Shown: in pieces, positions 40,804-51,545 of the stretch
How positions within the stretch are numbered: the first letter of the stretch is position 1
Layout: each line of letters starts with the position of its first letter
Source of the DNA: Thermodesulfobacteriota bacterium
GTDB lineage: Bacteria; Desulfobacterota_D; UBA1144; Nemesobacterales; UBA2774
DNA length: 64,000 nucleotides
Direction: 5' to 3'
Assembly: GCA_963422265.1 (NCBI GenBank)
Contig: OY729416.1
Location: forward strand, 800,001 to 864,000
Program-made: the position numbers and the translations under genes
Notes under the pieces: model-generated
What the model saw: only the letters and a program-made list of their open reading frames with translations
What the model was told of the DNA's origin: nothing
The model's database searches: none

Positions 40804-41742
40804 TTATTCTAACGTTTTTATATACGCAATTAAGGCATCAATTTCCTGATCGGATAGTATGCCCTTAAACGAAGGCATAACGGGCTGAAAACCCTTTACG
40901 ACATCACCTTGAGGCTCCACAATTGATCGTCTTATATAATTCTCGTCAGCTATATAGCTCGAACCGTCTCCGAGCTCCCCAGCTCTGCCTACAAGCCCCT
41001 TTAGGGAAGGACCTATAAGGACGCTATCATCAATACTGTGGCAAGCATTGCACCCCTTTTCCTTATATACATTCTCGCCCAACTCAGCAGGGGGCAGCGT
41101 AGAAGCTACTGCTTGACCATCCACCGACATGCCCTTTTCCCATATATCATAAGCCTCTGGACTCAGCACCCTAACCTTTCCAAGCATCGCTGAGTGTCCG
41201 GCACCGCAGTACTCAGCGCAATAAAGGTCAAAAGTGCCTACTTTAGTAGGGGTGAACCAGAGTTGAGTATATCTGCCTGGAAGTATGTCCTGCTTTACTC
41301 TGAAATCAGGTATAAAGAAGCTATGCAAAACGTCATCAGCCCTCATTACCATTCTTACGGGTCTATTTTGCCTCACGTATAATTCGTTTAGCGTTTTCTT
41401 GCCGTTGTAATACTCAAAAGTCCACAGCCATTGTTTTCCTATTACCGTAACGTCAACGGCGTCCTTAGGAGCAGTTCTCATCTCTTTATATACTACGAAA
41501 CCATAAACAAAAAGCAGGATCAGTAATACTGAGGGGATTACCGTCCATATAAACTCAAGAGTTCCATTGCCAGTTATATAAGGGGTCTCTTCATCGTCTC
41601 TTTTCCTTCTGTACTTTACTGAGAAATAAACCAGGACTACAGAAATCAGAACAAAGAAAAAAAGTGATATAATGGTAATAATCCATAATAATCCATCTAC
41701 TTTACCAGCAAGATTCGATGCGACATCAGGAAGCCAAGTCAT
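40804..41742 (-). CDS. ctaC: Cytochrome c oxidase subunit II with fused C-terminal cytochrome c
   Basis: DVLHSF, CAEYCGAGHSAM CuA site, CNACH heme c motif. Confidence 0.96.
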   Translation of the reverse strand: MTWLPDVASNLAGKVDGLLWIITIISLFFFVLISVVLVYFSVKYRRKRDDEETPYITGNGTLEFIWTVIPSVLLILLFVYGFVVYKEMRTAPKDAVDVTVIGKQWLWTFEYYNGKKTLNELYVRQNRPVRMVMRADDVLHSFFIPDFRVKQDILPGRYTQLWFTPTKVGTFDLYCAEYCGAGHSAMLGKVRVLSPEAYDIWEKGMSVDGQAVASTLPPAELGENVYKEKGCNACHSIDDSVLIGPSLKGLVGRAGELGDGSSYIADENYIRRSIVEPQGDVVKGFQPVMPSFKGILSDQEIDALIAYIKTLE

Positions 41743-42602
41743 CCGTCCTTTTGTAAACCTCCATTACTATTCACGTTCTTTTCTCGTCTCCAAAAATAAG
41801 CTAAAACCCCAGACAGCACCAACAGCGTAACGACGCCACCAGCTTTAACAACATTTAAGGCTTTTAGTGCATATCTTTTCCCTATGGGATCAAAACCATA
41901 ACAAAAAAGAAGGACTTTATTCAGCAGCTCGGAAGAACCAACCTTCCCTTGGGAAGCTTCAAGCAGCGCAAGCCTTAGATCAGTAGGATCGTGACGCATG
42001 CCGGGAAGGTATCGCGCTATCTTACCTTCAGGAGTAAGTATAATTAAAGAAGAGGCATGAGCAAACTCGCTTCCATCTTTCTTATAACTAAAACCCACTG
42101 CTTGCGTAAGTCTTTTTATATTTCCCTTATCACCAATCAAAAACTGCCAGTTATCATTTATTGACTGACCCCTTTTTATATCCCCTCGCAACTTAATGGC
42201 TTTTGAATTAGCCAATTCCCAACTGTCTTCGTGATCGAAACTAACGGTCAGCATTCTAAAATCAACCCCTAAAGACAGATCATATAGCTCATTTACGGAC
42301 TGCGCCAACCCCTTCAGGGCAAAATCACACACCCTGGGACAACTGTAGTAAACTAAACTCAGTATTGTAGGTTTATCATCGTTAGGAAGTAATTTGTTGA
42401 AAGTTATTGTCCCGTTATCTCCATTACGAAGTATAATGTCCTGAGGAATTACTTCACCCAACCTTTCATCAATCCCAATCTCCTTTACATCCCTAGAATC
42501 TGTAAGCGCTTGAACATAGTCAGACAGCGATAGAAAAACCAACGCTACCATGACAATTATTGAATTTACATTTACAACACTTTTACTCATCTGCTCATAC
42601 AT
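41739..42602 (-). CDS. SCO1/SenC-family copper chaperone
   Basis: YYSCPRVC CxxxC motif and FAH; first gene of the cox operon. Confidence 0.88.
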   Translation of the reverse strand: MYEQMSKSVVNVNSIIVMVALVFLSLSDYVQALTDSRDVKEIGIDERLGEVIPQDIILRNGDNGTITFNKLLPNDDKPTILSLVYYSCPRVCDFALKGLAQSVNELYDLSLGVDFRMLTVSFDHEDSWELANSKAIKLRGDIKRGQSINDNWQFLIGDKGNIKRLTQAVGFSYKKDGSEFAHASSLIILTPEGKIARYLPGMRHDPTDLRLALLEASQGKVGSSELLNKVLLFCYGFDPIGKRYALKALNVVKAGGVVTLLVLSGVLAYFWRREKNVNSNGGLQKDG

Positions 42603-42837
42603 GGAACAAACCCATCAGAACTAAGTCCATCATAACCACAGGATGAACTATTACAACATATTAAAACAACAACTCTTATGATCGTTCTTAACTAACAGTG
42701 GTGCATAAAGGATCTCAACAAATTAGAAACAGGATTTTATCTGAATTTATCATGCTGTCAAGTTATGACTTGGATGTAGAATATCACTACAATTCTATAA
42801 TTTGGCAAACAAAGAGTTTAATTTTAGAATAGTGACA

Positions 42838-43797
42838 ATGGGGACAATAACCGATATTGAGGGAGTAAGAGTAGGGCACGCGTCCGATTTTAACATAGTA
42901 ACGGGTTGCACGGTAATTATGTTCGATAATCCTTGTGCTGGAGCCGTTGATCTAAGGGGAGGAGGAACAAGCACAAGGCAAATAGACTCACTGCTATCTC
43001 ACAATACTCTCGGAAAAATAAACGCAATACTGCTAACTGGTGGAAGCGCATACGGGCTCGATGCTTCCAGCGGCGTGATGAAATATCTTGAGCAGAAAAA
43101 ATCAGGGTTAGACGTAGGTTCTGGTTTGGTTGTGCCATCAGTTCCGACGGCGGTTATATTCGACCTCGGAATCGGTAACGGACGGTTGAGACCCAATGCC
43201 GAGATGGGTTATCAGGCTTGCGTCAATTCAAGTTCGTCTGCACCAGAAGAGGGAAGCGTCGGGGCAGGAACAGGGGCTACGATTGGAAAGGTATGCGGAC
43301 TTAATCACGCTACGAAGGGAGGAATAGGAACCGCAAGCCACAGGTTTGGAAACGGGGCTATCGTAGGAGTGCTAGTAGTGGTAAACGCCTTTGGCGACAT
43401 AATATCACCGCGCACGGGGAAGATCATCGCAGGCGTGAGAAACTCCCCTAGCGGCACTAAATTTGAAGGAACGGTAAACCTATTAAAAAAGGGAATTCAA
43501 AGAAAAATAGAGCCACGCCAAAACACTACCTTAGCCGTAGTCGTCACAAACGCTAAATTCTCAAAATCTGAACTAAGCAGAATCTCAACTATCGCACACA
43601 CAGGGCTTGCAAAGGTTGTAAGCCCCGCTAATACGGTAGCCGATGGAGACATGGTGATGTCGGTATCCTCAGGAATTATGCGGGAGGACGCTAATTTAGT
43701 GGGCGTAGTTGCGGCTGATCTCATCGTAGAGGCTATCATAAAGGCTGTAGAAAAGTCTCGCGGACTCGGAGGAATACCGAGCTTAAGTTCTCTATAG
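42838..43797 (+). CDS. P1/S58 (DmpA-like) peptidase
   Basis: ITDIEGVRVGH, TGCTV, LTGGSAYGL, GAGTGA, NTT, DGD; start set at MGTITD. Confidence 0.88.
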   Translation: MGTITDIEGVRVGHASDFNIVTGCTVIMFDNPCAGAVDLRGGGTSTRQIDSLLSHNTLGKINAILLTGGSAYGLDASSGVMKYLEQKKSGLDVGSGLVVPSVPTAVIFDLGIGNGRLRPNAEMGYQACVNSSSSAPEEGSVGAGTGATIGKVCGLNHATKGGIGTASHRFGNGAIVGVLVVVNAFGDIISPRTGKIIAGVRNSPSGTKFEGTVNLLKKGIQRKIEPRQNTTLAVVVTNAKFSKSELSRISTIAHTGLAKVVSPANTVADGDMVMSVSSGIMREDANLVGVVAADLIVEAIIKAVEKSRGLGGIPSLSSL

Positions 43798-43808
43798 ACA
43801 GATACAAA

Positions 43809-44933
43809 CTATCTAATTTCAACAACTTCATCCGGGATATGAAACCTTCTTCTCCTTATTCCGAGAACTACGCCCATTGCTATCATAGCCGTTAGGGTAG
43901 AAGATCCTCCGTAGCTGAAAATCAATAGAGGTACACCTATAATGGGTAGAATACCTAGAACCATGCCGACGTTAATAATAACATGCCAGAACAGCATTGC
44001 CGCAACGCCAAACGACACTACGATAGAGTACCTATCCTTTGCTCGACTTGCTGTATCAAGTATCCAAAGGATGATCAAAAAATATAGGAGAAGCAAAGAT
44101 ATAGCGCCCAGAAACCCCCATTCCTCAGCAAGCACTGAGAAAGCAAAATCCGTATGCCGTGCAGGGAGAAACCTTAGCTGCGTTTGAGCCCCTGACTTAA
44201 ACCCTTTACCAGTTAATTTTCCTGAACCAATCGCAATTTGTGACTGAATTGCGTTATAGCCTGAGCCCAAAGGGTCATTGAAAGGATCAATAAATGCCTC
44301 AATTCTTTCCTTTTGATACGATTTTAGAAAAAACTGCCACGTAGGGTAAGACAACCCCACAACTGCTACTAAAATGAATAAGAGAGCCCTCTTCTTAACA
44401 CCCATAAAGAGAATTATGCTTCCGCATATTAATAGTATGATGAGTGCCGTCCCAAGATCAGGTTGAAGTAGCACTAAAATAAATGGCACCAAAACTACTA
44501 AAGCAGGTTTTAGTAGTTCAACAAAGCCATAAGACTCCATCCAGTGATCGTCACTATAGAGTCTTGCCATTACAAATATTATTGGAATTTTCACGAATTC
44601 AGATGGTTGAACCGTCCCGAACGAGCCCAATGAGATCCAGCTCTTAGAACTCGCTACTTCTTTACCAACAAAGAGAACAAGCACCAATAACAATACAAAA
44701 ACTACATAGAAGTGGAACGAATATTGTTGAATAAATTTATAGCTTACAAACGACACTGAAATCATTGCAACCAATCCTATAGATACCCATAAGAGGTGCT
44801 TTTTGAATGACAAAAGCCCTAACTGATAGGAAGCGCTATAGAGATTAGTCAAGGCAAGTGAGAGCAACACTAAGGTCATACATATCAAGGTCCACCCGAA
44901 ATTGCTGAGCGCCCTTCTATCAAACCCTATCAT
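43809..44933 (-). CDS. rodA: Rod shape-determining protein RodA
   Basis: QPSEFVK, QPDLGT, GYNAIQSQIAIGSG, HTDFAF, SYGGSS. Confidence 0.95.
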   Translation of the reverse strand: MIGFDRRALSNFGWTLICMTLVLLSLALTNLYSASYQLGLLSFKKHLLWVSIGLVAMISVSFVSYKFIQQYSFHFYVVFVLLLVLVLFVGKEVASSKSWISLGSFGTVQPSEFVKIPIIFVMARLYSDDHWMESYGFVELLKPALVVLVPFILVLLQPDLGTALIILLICGSIILFMGVKKRALLFILVAVVGLSYPTWQFFLKSYQKERIEAFIDPFNDPLGSGYNAIQSQIAIGSGKLTGKGFKSGAQTQLRFLPARHTDFAFSVLAEEWGFLGAISLLLLYFLIILWILDTASRAKDRYSIVVSFGVAAMLFWHVIINVGMVLGILPIIGVPLLIFSYGGSSTLTAMIAMGVVLGIRRRRFHIPDEVVEIR

Positions 44934-46740
44934 CTTTATCCCGTTTATCTTCTAGGCTTCTGTAAGCTTCAATTACTTTTCTAGCAATTGGGGCGGCGAC
45001 GGATCCGCCTTTACCACCATGCTCTATTAGCACCGTTACAGAAACCTCTGGATTTTCAGCAGGAGCGTAAGAGGTGAACCATGCATGGCCCTTATACTCT
45101 TTATATCCCTCTTCCTCTTTATCCAATGATACGACCTGAGCTGTCCCCGTCTTCCCTGCAACGGTGTAATTACTAAGCTTCGCTGCCCGACCCGTGCCTT
45201 TCGGATCATTTACGGCGCCTATCATGGCGTTTCTGACGGCTACTAGCGCTTCTCTGTGCATGGGGGGGAGAACTCCTCGTACCTCAGGGATACTTTCAGC
45301 CACGTTTTTACCATCATGGGAAACAACTTTCCTTACAATTATAGGCTTGTATAACGTCCCACCATTAGCGAGCGCCACCGTCATCATCGCTACCTGAAGA
45401 GGGGTTACGCTCACGTAGCCCTGTCCAATGGCAGATATTAGTGTTTCACCTCTATACCACGATTTTTTATATTCCGTTTGTTTCCATCTCCTGCTTGGAA
45501 CGATTCCTCTACTCTCTTCTATTCCTATGCCCGTAGGCGACCCGAAACCAAATGCCTTCATATATCTGGAAAGACGGTCTATATCTAATTTTTCCGCGAG
45601 TTTATAAAAATACACGTTACAAGACCCAATGATTGCAAGTTTTAGGTTTATTTCTCCGTGCCCTTCCCTTTTCCAGCAGTGAAACGTGCGCCTCCCAAAC
45701 TTGTAACGACCTGGGCAATAAACAAGTGTGTCTTGTTCTACCGTGCCCTCGCTCAGAGCCGCCACAGCGGTAACCATTTTAAGAACTGAGCCCGGAGCAT
45801 ATAAACCTTGGGTTGATCGGTTCAAAAGAGGAAAGCTCTTATCATTTATAAGAACCTTCCATAATTCCACGTTAACGCCCTTAACAAAATCAAGCGGACT
45901 AAATGAAGGCTTGCTCGCTAACGCGAGCAACTCGCCGCTTTTTACGTCCACCACAACTACTGCGCCTGATTTATCCCCAAGAGCCTCTTCAACAGCTCTC
46001 TGAATATCTATATCAATTGAGAGAACAACATCGTGACCGGGCACACCAACCTTACTAGTAAGATTCTTCTGAAAGAGATTTAAGCTTACCTCCCTACCAA
46101 AAGCATCCGTCGCTTTTTGCCTATATCCATCCTCACCTTGGAGAAAATCCTGCCAACCTTTCTCAACGCCTCTCTTTCCAACTAAGCTGTCGTTGCCCAA
46201 CAACGGAGCAACTTCAAGTTCCGCTTTGCTGATTTTACCCAAATAACCCAGGAAAGACGCCCCTAAAGACCCATAGATATACCTTCTAAGGTTATTTATT
46301 TCTACGATAACACCAGGGAGGGAGTCCCTCCTAGTCTCTATATATGCAAGTTGATCTCTATCTATATCCCTAGCAATAAGTATGGGTTCGGTGGGAACCA
46401 AATTGTTTTTAAATCTTTCAGGAGAAACTTGAAGAATCTCGAATAGCGCTTTATTCAATTTTGTATAATCATCTGCACCCCTAGGCAATAAATACACGTC
46501 AAAGGACGGTCTGTTGACCACAAACTCTCGACCATGCCTATCTAGAATCCTGCCCCTATAGGCAGGAATCCTTTCCGATCTGATATGGTTACTTAATGAG
46601 AATTCTGCAAGTTCATCTCCTTCTACAATCTGTAGGTACCAAAGTCTAAATATGATAGCTAGGAACGCAACTCCTAATACCACAGTTGACTTTATAAATC
46701 TACTTCTGAAATCTTGCATACCATTTTGCTCATTACCCAA
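44920..46740 (-). CDS. mrdA: Penicillin-binding protein 2
   Basis: RGRILDR, PGSVLK (SxxK), SCN, KTGT; start may be the ATG at 46719. Confidence 0.95.
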   Translation of the reverse strand: MGNEQNGMQDFRSRFIKSTVVLGVAFLAIIFRLWYLQIVEGDELAEFSLSNHIRSERIPAYRGRILDRHGREFVVNRPSFDVYLLPRGADDYTKLNKALFEILQVSPERFKNNLVPTEPILIARDIDRDQLAYIETRRDSLPGVIVEINNLRRYIYGSLGASFLGYLGKISKAELEVAPLLGNDSLVGKRGVEKGWQDFLQGEDGYRQKATDAFGREVSLNLFQKNLTSKVGVPGHDVVLSIDIDIQRAVEEALGDKSGAVVVVDVKSGELLALASKPSFSPLDFVKGVNVELWKVLINDKSFPLLNRSTQGLYAPGSVLKMVTAVAALSEGTVEQDTLVYCPGRYKFGRRTFHCWKREGHGEINLKLAIIGSCNVYFYKLAEKLDIDRLSRYMKAFGFGSPTGIGIEESRGIVPSRRWKQTEYKKSWYRGETLISAIGQGYVSVTPLQVAMMTVALANGGTLYKPIIVRKVVSHDGKNVAESIPEVRGVLPPMHREALVAVRNAMIGAVNDPKGTGRAAKLSNYTVAGKTGTAQVVSLDKEEEGYKEYKGHAWFTSYAPAENPEVSVTVLIEHGGKGGSVAAPIARKVIEAYRSLEDKRDKDDRV

Positions 46741-47195
46741 AAAAATTGAACGCCGACTAAAGCATTAACTATTGACCGAGACGCCATTTCAGCTAAGGGA
46801 ACTTCAAAGCTTATTCCTTCCGTAATTTTAAGTATTGACAAGGTCAAAGTCCACGAAAAAATAGTTGCAATAGAAATTGTAATTCCCACCTGTAATAGAC
46901 TTCCTTTTACATAAATACGATTGAAACTTATAGATATAAGCAAATACGTAACTAAGCGCGAAATCGTAAACGTCCCAAACAAATTGCCAGAAAGGACATC
47001 CATCATATAGGCATTGCCAACCGCAAAAAAAGCCCCTCCCCTTATCTCTGAGTAAACTGCGAGGAGAATTATCAGTATTAAATTTAAGTCAGGTAATACA
47101 TAGCCTACCTTAAGAGGAGAAAACAAGGTAGTTTGCACAGTTATGAACAGCACTGATATTAAGAACAATAAGAAAACTGGCGAGTATTTATTCAT
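46692..47195 (-). CDS. mreD: Rod shape-determining protein MreD
   Basis: Hydrophobic, PDL and G...D..SG motifs; lies between mreC and mrdA. Confidence 0.85.
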   Translation of the reverse strand: MNKYSPVFLLFLISVLFITVQTTLFSPLKVGYVLPDLNLILIILLAVYSEIRGGAFFAVGNAYMMDVLSGNLFGTFTISRLVTYLLISISFNRIYVKGSLLQVGITISIATIFSWTLTLSILKITEGISFEVPLAEMASRSIVNALVGVQFFWVMSKMVCKISEVDL

Positions 47196-48015
47196 TTAAT
47201 ACTAGGTTCTCTGCAGTTTCGGATATTATAAGAATCTCCCCCAAAGTGTTAAAGTTTACGTAGGGTGAAATATCTGCGCTAACGAGAGCTCTCTGGGCGT
47301 CAATCGCTGAGACTACGCCTATTCTAATACCCTTAGGGAAGAAGCCATCCTTCCCTGATGAAATGACTTTATCCCCTAATTTGATACCAGTCCTCTTTTC
47401 AACGTAATTCATTATGCACCCCGCACCTGTCCCCCTTACAATTCCCCGCGCCCGCGTTCTCTGCACGTAAGCATCCACGCTGCTCATAGGATCAGCGATC
47501 AAAAGCACCTGAGAGCTCTTGCCACCAACAAGATGAACTCTACCAACTAAACCATTGTGCGAAATAACTGGCATTCCTCTAAGAATCCCATCTTCATGTC
47601 CTTTGTCCATTGTAATGACTTGTGATCTTAAGGTAGAGGGGCTTGCCCCTATAACGCTTGCAGAAATAACAGGGTAAGGAGTATCCTCAGCCAGTTTAAG
47701 AAGTTTCCTTAATCTCACGTTTTGCGCTTGAACCTCGTCAAGCTCAAATCTCTCTCTATTCATCCTCTCTATCTCTTTTCTAAGCCTGTCATTCTCTTCA
47801 TTGATTTTGACTAAATACAAATAGTTCTGCCAAGCATTTACGACGTCTCGAGTTGCGGAAGATACTAGCTTTTGAGGGTGGTAAGTAAGGTTAAGAATAA
47901 GCTCTGACATCAAATTGGGAGGATTTTCCCCTTTCTTACCAATGGAGAAAAGCTGTATTACTATTAGTAGAAGAATGAATAAAATTAAAAGGAGATGCTG
48001 CTTAAAAAACCCCAT
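47188..48015 (-). CDS. mreC: Rod shape-determining protein MreC
   Basis: N-terminal TM, coiled coil, GLVGRV, SSG.DG.FPKGI.IG. Confidence 0.93.
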   Translation of the reverse strand: MGFFKQHLLLILFILLLIVIQLFSIGKKGENPPNLMSELILNLTYHPQKLVSSATRDVVNAWQNYLYLVKINEENDRLRKEIERMNRERFELDEVQAQNVRLRKLLKLAEDTPYPVISASVIGASPSTLRSQVITMDKGHEDGILRGMPVISHNGLVGRVHLVGGKSSQVLLIADPMSSVDAYVQRTRARGIVRGTGAGCIMNYVEKRTGIKLGDKVISSGKDGFFPKGIRIGVVSAIDAQRALVSADISPYVNFNTLGEILIISETAENLVLNE

Positions 48016-48062
48016 TTATAAAACACAATGAAAAAACATTGTTAATCTTCAACTTTATATAG

Positions 48063-49094
48063 TTACAAACTTATTTCCTTTAAGAGATACAGATCATCTA
48101 ATGCTTTACCTGAACCAAGCACAACGCACTTCAAAGGATCTTCCGCTACCCTTACGGACAACCCAGTATCTTCTTGTATTAATTGTCCCAAGTTGCCAAG
48201 CATCGCTCCCCCGCCAGTGAGAACGATTCCTCTGTCAACTAGGTCAGCAGCGAGTTCAGGTGGGGTTCTTTCTAATATCTGGTCAATAGATTCAATAATA
48301 AGTTGCACCGGCTCCCTAAGGGCTTCTTTTACTTGTTCAGTAGTGATATCAATCGTTCGCGGCACGCCCCTTCTCATATCACGCCCCTTTACTTGCATTG
48401 ATGCCATATCCCCCTCACCAGCTACAATTCCTAGTTTTTTCTTAATTTCCTCTGCGGTTCTTTCACCTACTAGCATATCATGGTTACGTTTTAGATATTG
48501 CATTATAGCTTCATCTAATTTATCACCACCTATTTTTATGGATTTACTTACAACTATGCCGGAAAGGGATACCACGGCAATACCTGTAGTTCCTCCACCA
48601 ATATCAATAATCATATTCCCTATAGGCTCAGTTACAGATACTCCAGCCCCTATAGCAGCAGACATCGTTTCTTCAATCAAATAAACTTCTCTGGCCCCGG
48701 CTCCTTCCGCTGACTCTCTCACTGCCCTTTTCTCAACTTCAGTGATACCAATTGGCACTGATATGACAATTCTAGGTCGGATGAAGCTTCTTCTATCATG
48801 GACCTTACGAATAAAGTATTCCAGCATTTTCTGAGCAACTTCAAAGTCCGCTATTACGCCATCTTTCAAGGGTCTTATTGCACTAACCGCTCCCGGTGTG
48901 CGCCCAACCATTCTCCTGGCTGTCTTACCTACGGCAAGCACTCTCTTATATCCCCTACCCGTCTCCTGAACGGCAACAACGGAAGGCTCATCAATTACAA
49001 CGCCTTTGCCTCTAATATAGACAAGCGTGTTGGCCGTTCCCAGATCAATAGCTAAATCTTTTGAGAACCAACCCCAAATAGTATCGAGTATCAT
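48063..49094 (-). CDS. mreB: Rod shape-determining protein MreB
   Basis: DLGTANT, RPLKDGVIADF, DIGGGTT, LTGGGA. Confidence 0.97.
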   Translation of the reverse strand: MILDTIWGWFSKDLAIDLGTANTLVYIRGKGVVIDEPSVVAVQETGRGYKRVLAVGKTARRMVGRTPGAVSAIRPLKDGVIADFEVAQKMLEYFIRKVHDRRSFIRPRIVISVPIGITEVEKRAVRESAEGAGAREVYLIEETMSAAIGAGVSVTEPIGNMIIDIGGGTTGIAVVSLSGIVVSKSIKIGGDKLDEAIMQYLKRNHDMLVGERTAEEIKKKLGIVAGEGDMASMQVKGRDMRRGVPRTIDITTEQVKEALREPVQLIIESIDQILERTPPELAADLVDRGIVLTGGGAMLGNLGQLIQEDTGLSVRVAEDPLKCVVLGSGKALDDLYLLKEISL

Positions 49095-49218
49095 GTCTAA
49101 AAAAACCTCCGATTGACGATAGATAGAAAAACCTTAAGGGATCACTGTCTCACATTGATTCCGTTTTATTGTTTAGACCACAACTTCCAACTTTTCATAA
49201 GGAAATAATAAAATTTAT

Positions 49219-49247
49219 ATTCTAAATTGAGGGATGCATAAAATCAA
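49219..49247 (-). promoter_or_regulatory. Putative sigma70 promoter of the mre operon
   Basis: TTGATT-17 nt-TAGAAT on the minus strand. Confidence 0.5.
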
Positions 49248-49278
49248 GAATTATCAAGCCTATTTGGATTAAAAGCGC

Positions 49279-50412
49279 TCATTGGTTTGTTCTTTGATAT
49301 CGCGAGCAATGAAGGAATGGAATTTTAGAAACGCTCGCCTCGTTTAACTCACCGCTAGCAGTCTTGAGCCATAATATCTTTCCTGGTTCTTTGAACTCCC
49401 TTCTAACGTAACCCAATGCTATAGGTTTATTAAGAAAGGGAGAAAACGCACTGCTCGTAATGCGTCCGACCCTTTTCTTTCCGATAAACATCTCATTACC
49501 CCTCTCAGGCAACTTATCCCCCTCCACAACAAGACCTACTAGGCGCCAGTTTATATGTCCCCTCCACTTAATCCTCGCTATTACCTCTTGCCCCACGTAG
49601 CATCCCTTTTCAAAATCAAGGGCATTCCAAAGCCCAGCTTCTATAGGTATATTGCTCTCATCCATATCCACACCGCACCTTGGAATACCCGCCTCAATCC
49701 TGAGCATCTCAAAAGCGTCAAAACCAAAAGGCTTAATACAGAACTCTTCGCCTTTGTTTATGAGCATATTCCATAGAGAGACCGCACCTTGATTTGGCAA
49801 ACATATATCGTAACCTTCTTCACCAGTCCTATTAGATTTGGTTATCGTCAATTCAACCCCGTTCACCTTCTTGGTAAAATGATCGAACTCTCGGATACCA
49901 GACGCCCCCGTTTCAAAAGTGCTACTAAGCAAATTGTTCGCCTTTGGTCCATGAATGGAAATAAGCACAAGGTCATTGGTCAAGTCCTCAATATCCACTT
50001 TGTAAGAAAGTCTGAACTTCGTAAGAAGCTCAGCCACTCTAATATTAAGAGTAGGCTCCAAATCCATATAGATGGAATCATGATTTTTATACAGCCTCAT
50101 ATCAGAGATGATTCTTCCCTTTACAGTGAGTAGGGTTGCATATCTCCCGCTACCAGACTTGAGCTTAACCACGTCGTTCGTAAGCATTCCCTGTAGGAAT
50201 TTGAGATGATCCTTGCCGCTTATACGCAACTTACCCCTATTAGATAAATCAATAATACCGACATCTTTTCTTACGGACCTATACTCGTCTATCTCATCTC
50301 CGTAATTGCAAGGCGTTAACCATCCAGCACACTCACCAAAATTAGCGCCAAGAGCCTCGTGCACTTCGTTCAAAGGAGTTTTTTTCATTAGTTTTTTCAC
50401 ACCTTCAATCAA
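49279..50412 (-). CDS. GcvT-fold folate-binding protein with YgfZ signature
   Basis: KTPL..H N-terminus, DLSNRG, RIEAG, KGCYVGQE (YgfZ motif); start may be the MKKTPL methionine. Confidence 0.88.
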   Translation of the reverse strand: MIEGVKKLMKKTPLNEVHEALGANFGECAGWLTPCNYGDEIDEYRSVRKDVGIIDLSNRGKLRISGKDHLKFLQGMLTNDVVKLKSGSGRYATLLTVKGRIISDMRLYKNHDSIYMDLEPTLNIRVAELLTKFRLSYKVDIEDLTNDLVLISIHGPKANNLLSSTFETGASGIREFDHFTKKVNGVELTITKSNRTGEEGYDICLPNQGAVSLWNMLINKGEEFCIKPFGFDAFEMLRIEAGIPRCGVDMDESNIPIEAGLWNALDFEKGCYVGQEVIARIKWRGHINWRLVGLVVEGDKLPERGNEMFIGKKRVGRITSSAFSPFLNKPIALGYVRREFKEPGKILWLKTASGELNEASVSKIPFLHCSRYQRTNQ

Positions 50413-50507
50413 TGCTTAAAGTATAACTCTCGATAACACGCTTGACCAACGTAACCTCTAGAATGAACTCCAAGCTACGCGCCTCAAACCCATCAGCTAA
50501 TGTCGAG

Positions 50508-50528
50508 CTTGAAAATGGCGTTTTCAAG
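50508..50528. promoter_or_regulatory. Palindrome overlapping the probable trxB promoter
   Basis: CTTGAAAA-TGGCG-TTTTCAAG; left arm contains TTGAAA; TAGTAT follows. Confidence 0.45.
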
Positions 50529-50553
50529 TGTAGTATAAGTTCAAACTAAAACT

Positions 50554-51507
50554 ATGAAGAAGAATATGACGCATGTATCCGACGTAGAAGGCAGGCATAA
50601 AGTGGTAATAATGGGATCTGGACCATCCGGGCTTACGGCGGCGCTTTACACAGCAAGGGCAAATCTTGAGCCAGTAGTTTTCGAAGGGCTTGAGGCCGGT
50701 GGTCAGCTTACCTTGACTACTGACGTAGAAAACTTCCCCGGTTTCCCCGATGGAATTATGGGACCCGACCTGATGAACGCTATTCGAAAACAAGCGTCAA
50801 GGTTCGGCGCGAGATGCGTTATGGCTGAAATCACGTCGGTTGATCTTTCACAAAGGCCTTTCAAAATCGCTTCGGATAACACGGAACTTGAAGCTGATTC
50901 CTTTATAGTTTCCTCAGGTGCCTCCGCCAAGATGCTGGGGTTAGAATCAGAGAAAACGCTATTAGGCCATGGCGTCTCTACTTGTGCTACGTGCGATGGA
51001 TTCTTCTTCAAAGATAAGGAGCTTCTCGTAGTAGGGGGCGGAGACAGCGCAATTGAAGAAGCCGTATTCCTCACGAAGTTTGCAAGCAAGGTAAGTATAG
51101 TTCATAGAAGGAACAAGCTAAGGGCATCGAAAATACTTCAGCAAAGAGCTTTTAAGAACGATAAAATTGACTTTGTTTGGAACTCTGCAGTTGAAGAAAT
51201 ACTAGGTGACAAAGAAACAGGCGTCACCGGAGCTAGGATTAAAAACAATAAGAATGGTAAGACAACGATAAAGGCCGCTCAGGGCGTTTTTATAGCCATA
51301 GGACACAATCCTAATACTGGGCTATTTAAGGGTCAGTTGGATATGGACGAGCTAGGCTATATAACAACTAAACCTAATACAACGGAAACTAACGTCCCTG
51401 GCGTTTTCGCATCCGGCGACGTGCAAGACAAGATATATCGTCAAGCCATAACCGCGGCAGGCACGGGCTGTATGGCAGCCTTAGACGCCGAGAGGTTTCT
51501 TGAATAG
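50554..51507 (+). CDS. trxB: Thioredoxin-disulfide reductase
   Basis: GSGPSGLTAA, GGQL..T.DVENFPGF, CATCDG, GGGDSA.EEA, HRR, QAITAAG.GC. Confidence 0.97.
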   Translation: MKKNMTHVSDVEGRHKVVIMGSGPSGLTAALYTARANLEPVVFEGLEAGGQLTLTTDVENFPGFPDGIMGPDLMNAIRKQASRFGARCVMAEITSVDLSQRPFKIASDNTELEADSFIVSSGASAKMLGLESEKTLLGHGVSTCATCDGFFFKDKELLVVGGGDSAIEEAVFLTKFASKVSIVHRRNKLRASKILQQRAFKNDKIDFVWNSAVEEILGDKETGVTGARIKNNKNGKTTIKAAQGVFIAIGHNPNTGLFKGQLDMDELGYITTKPNTTETNVPGVFASGDVQDKIYRQAITAAGTGCMAALDAERFLE

Positions 51508-51545
51508 CACTGATAGCAACCAGCTCTATACAAACCGATTATGTA

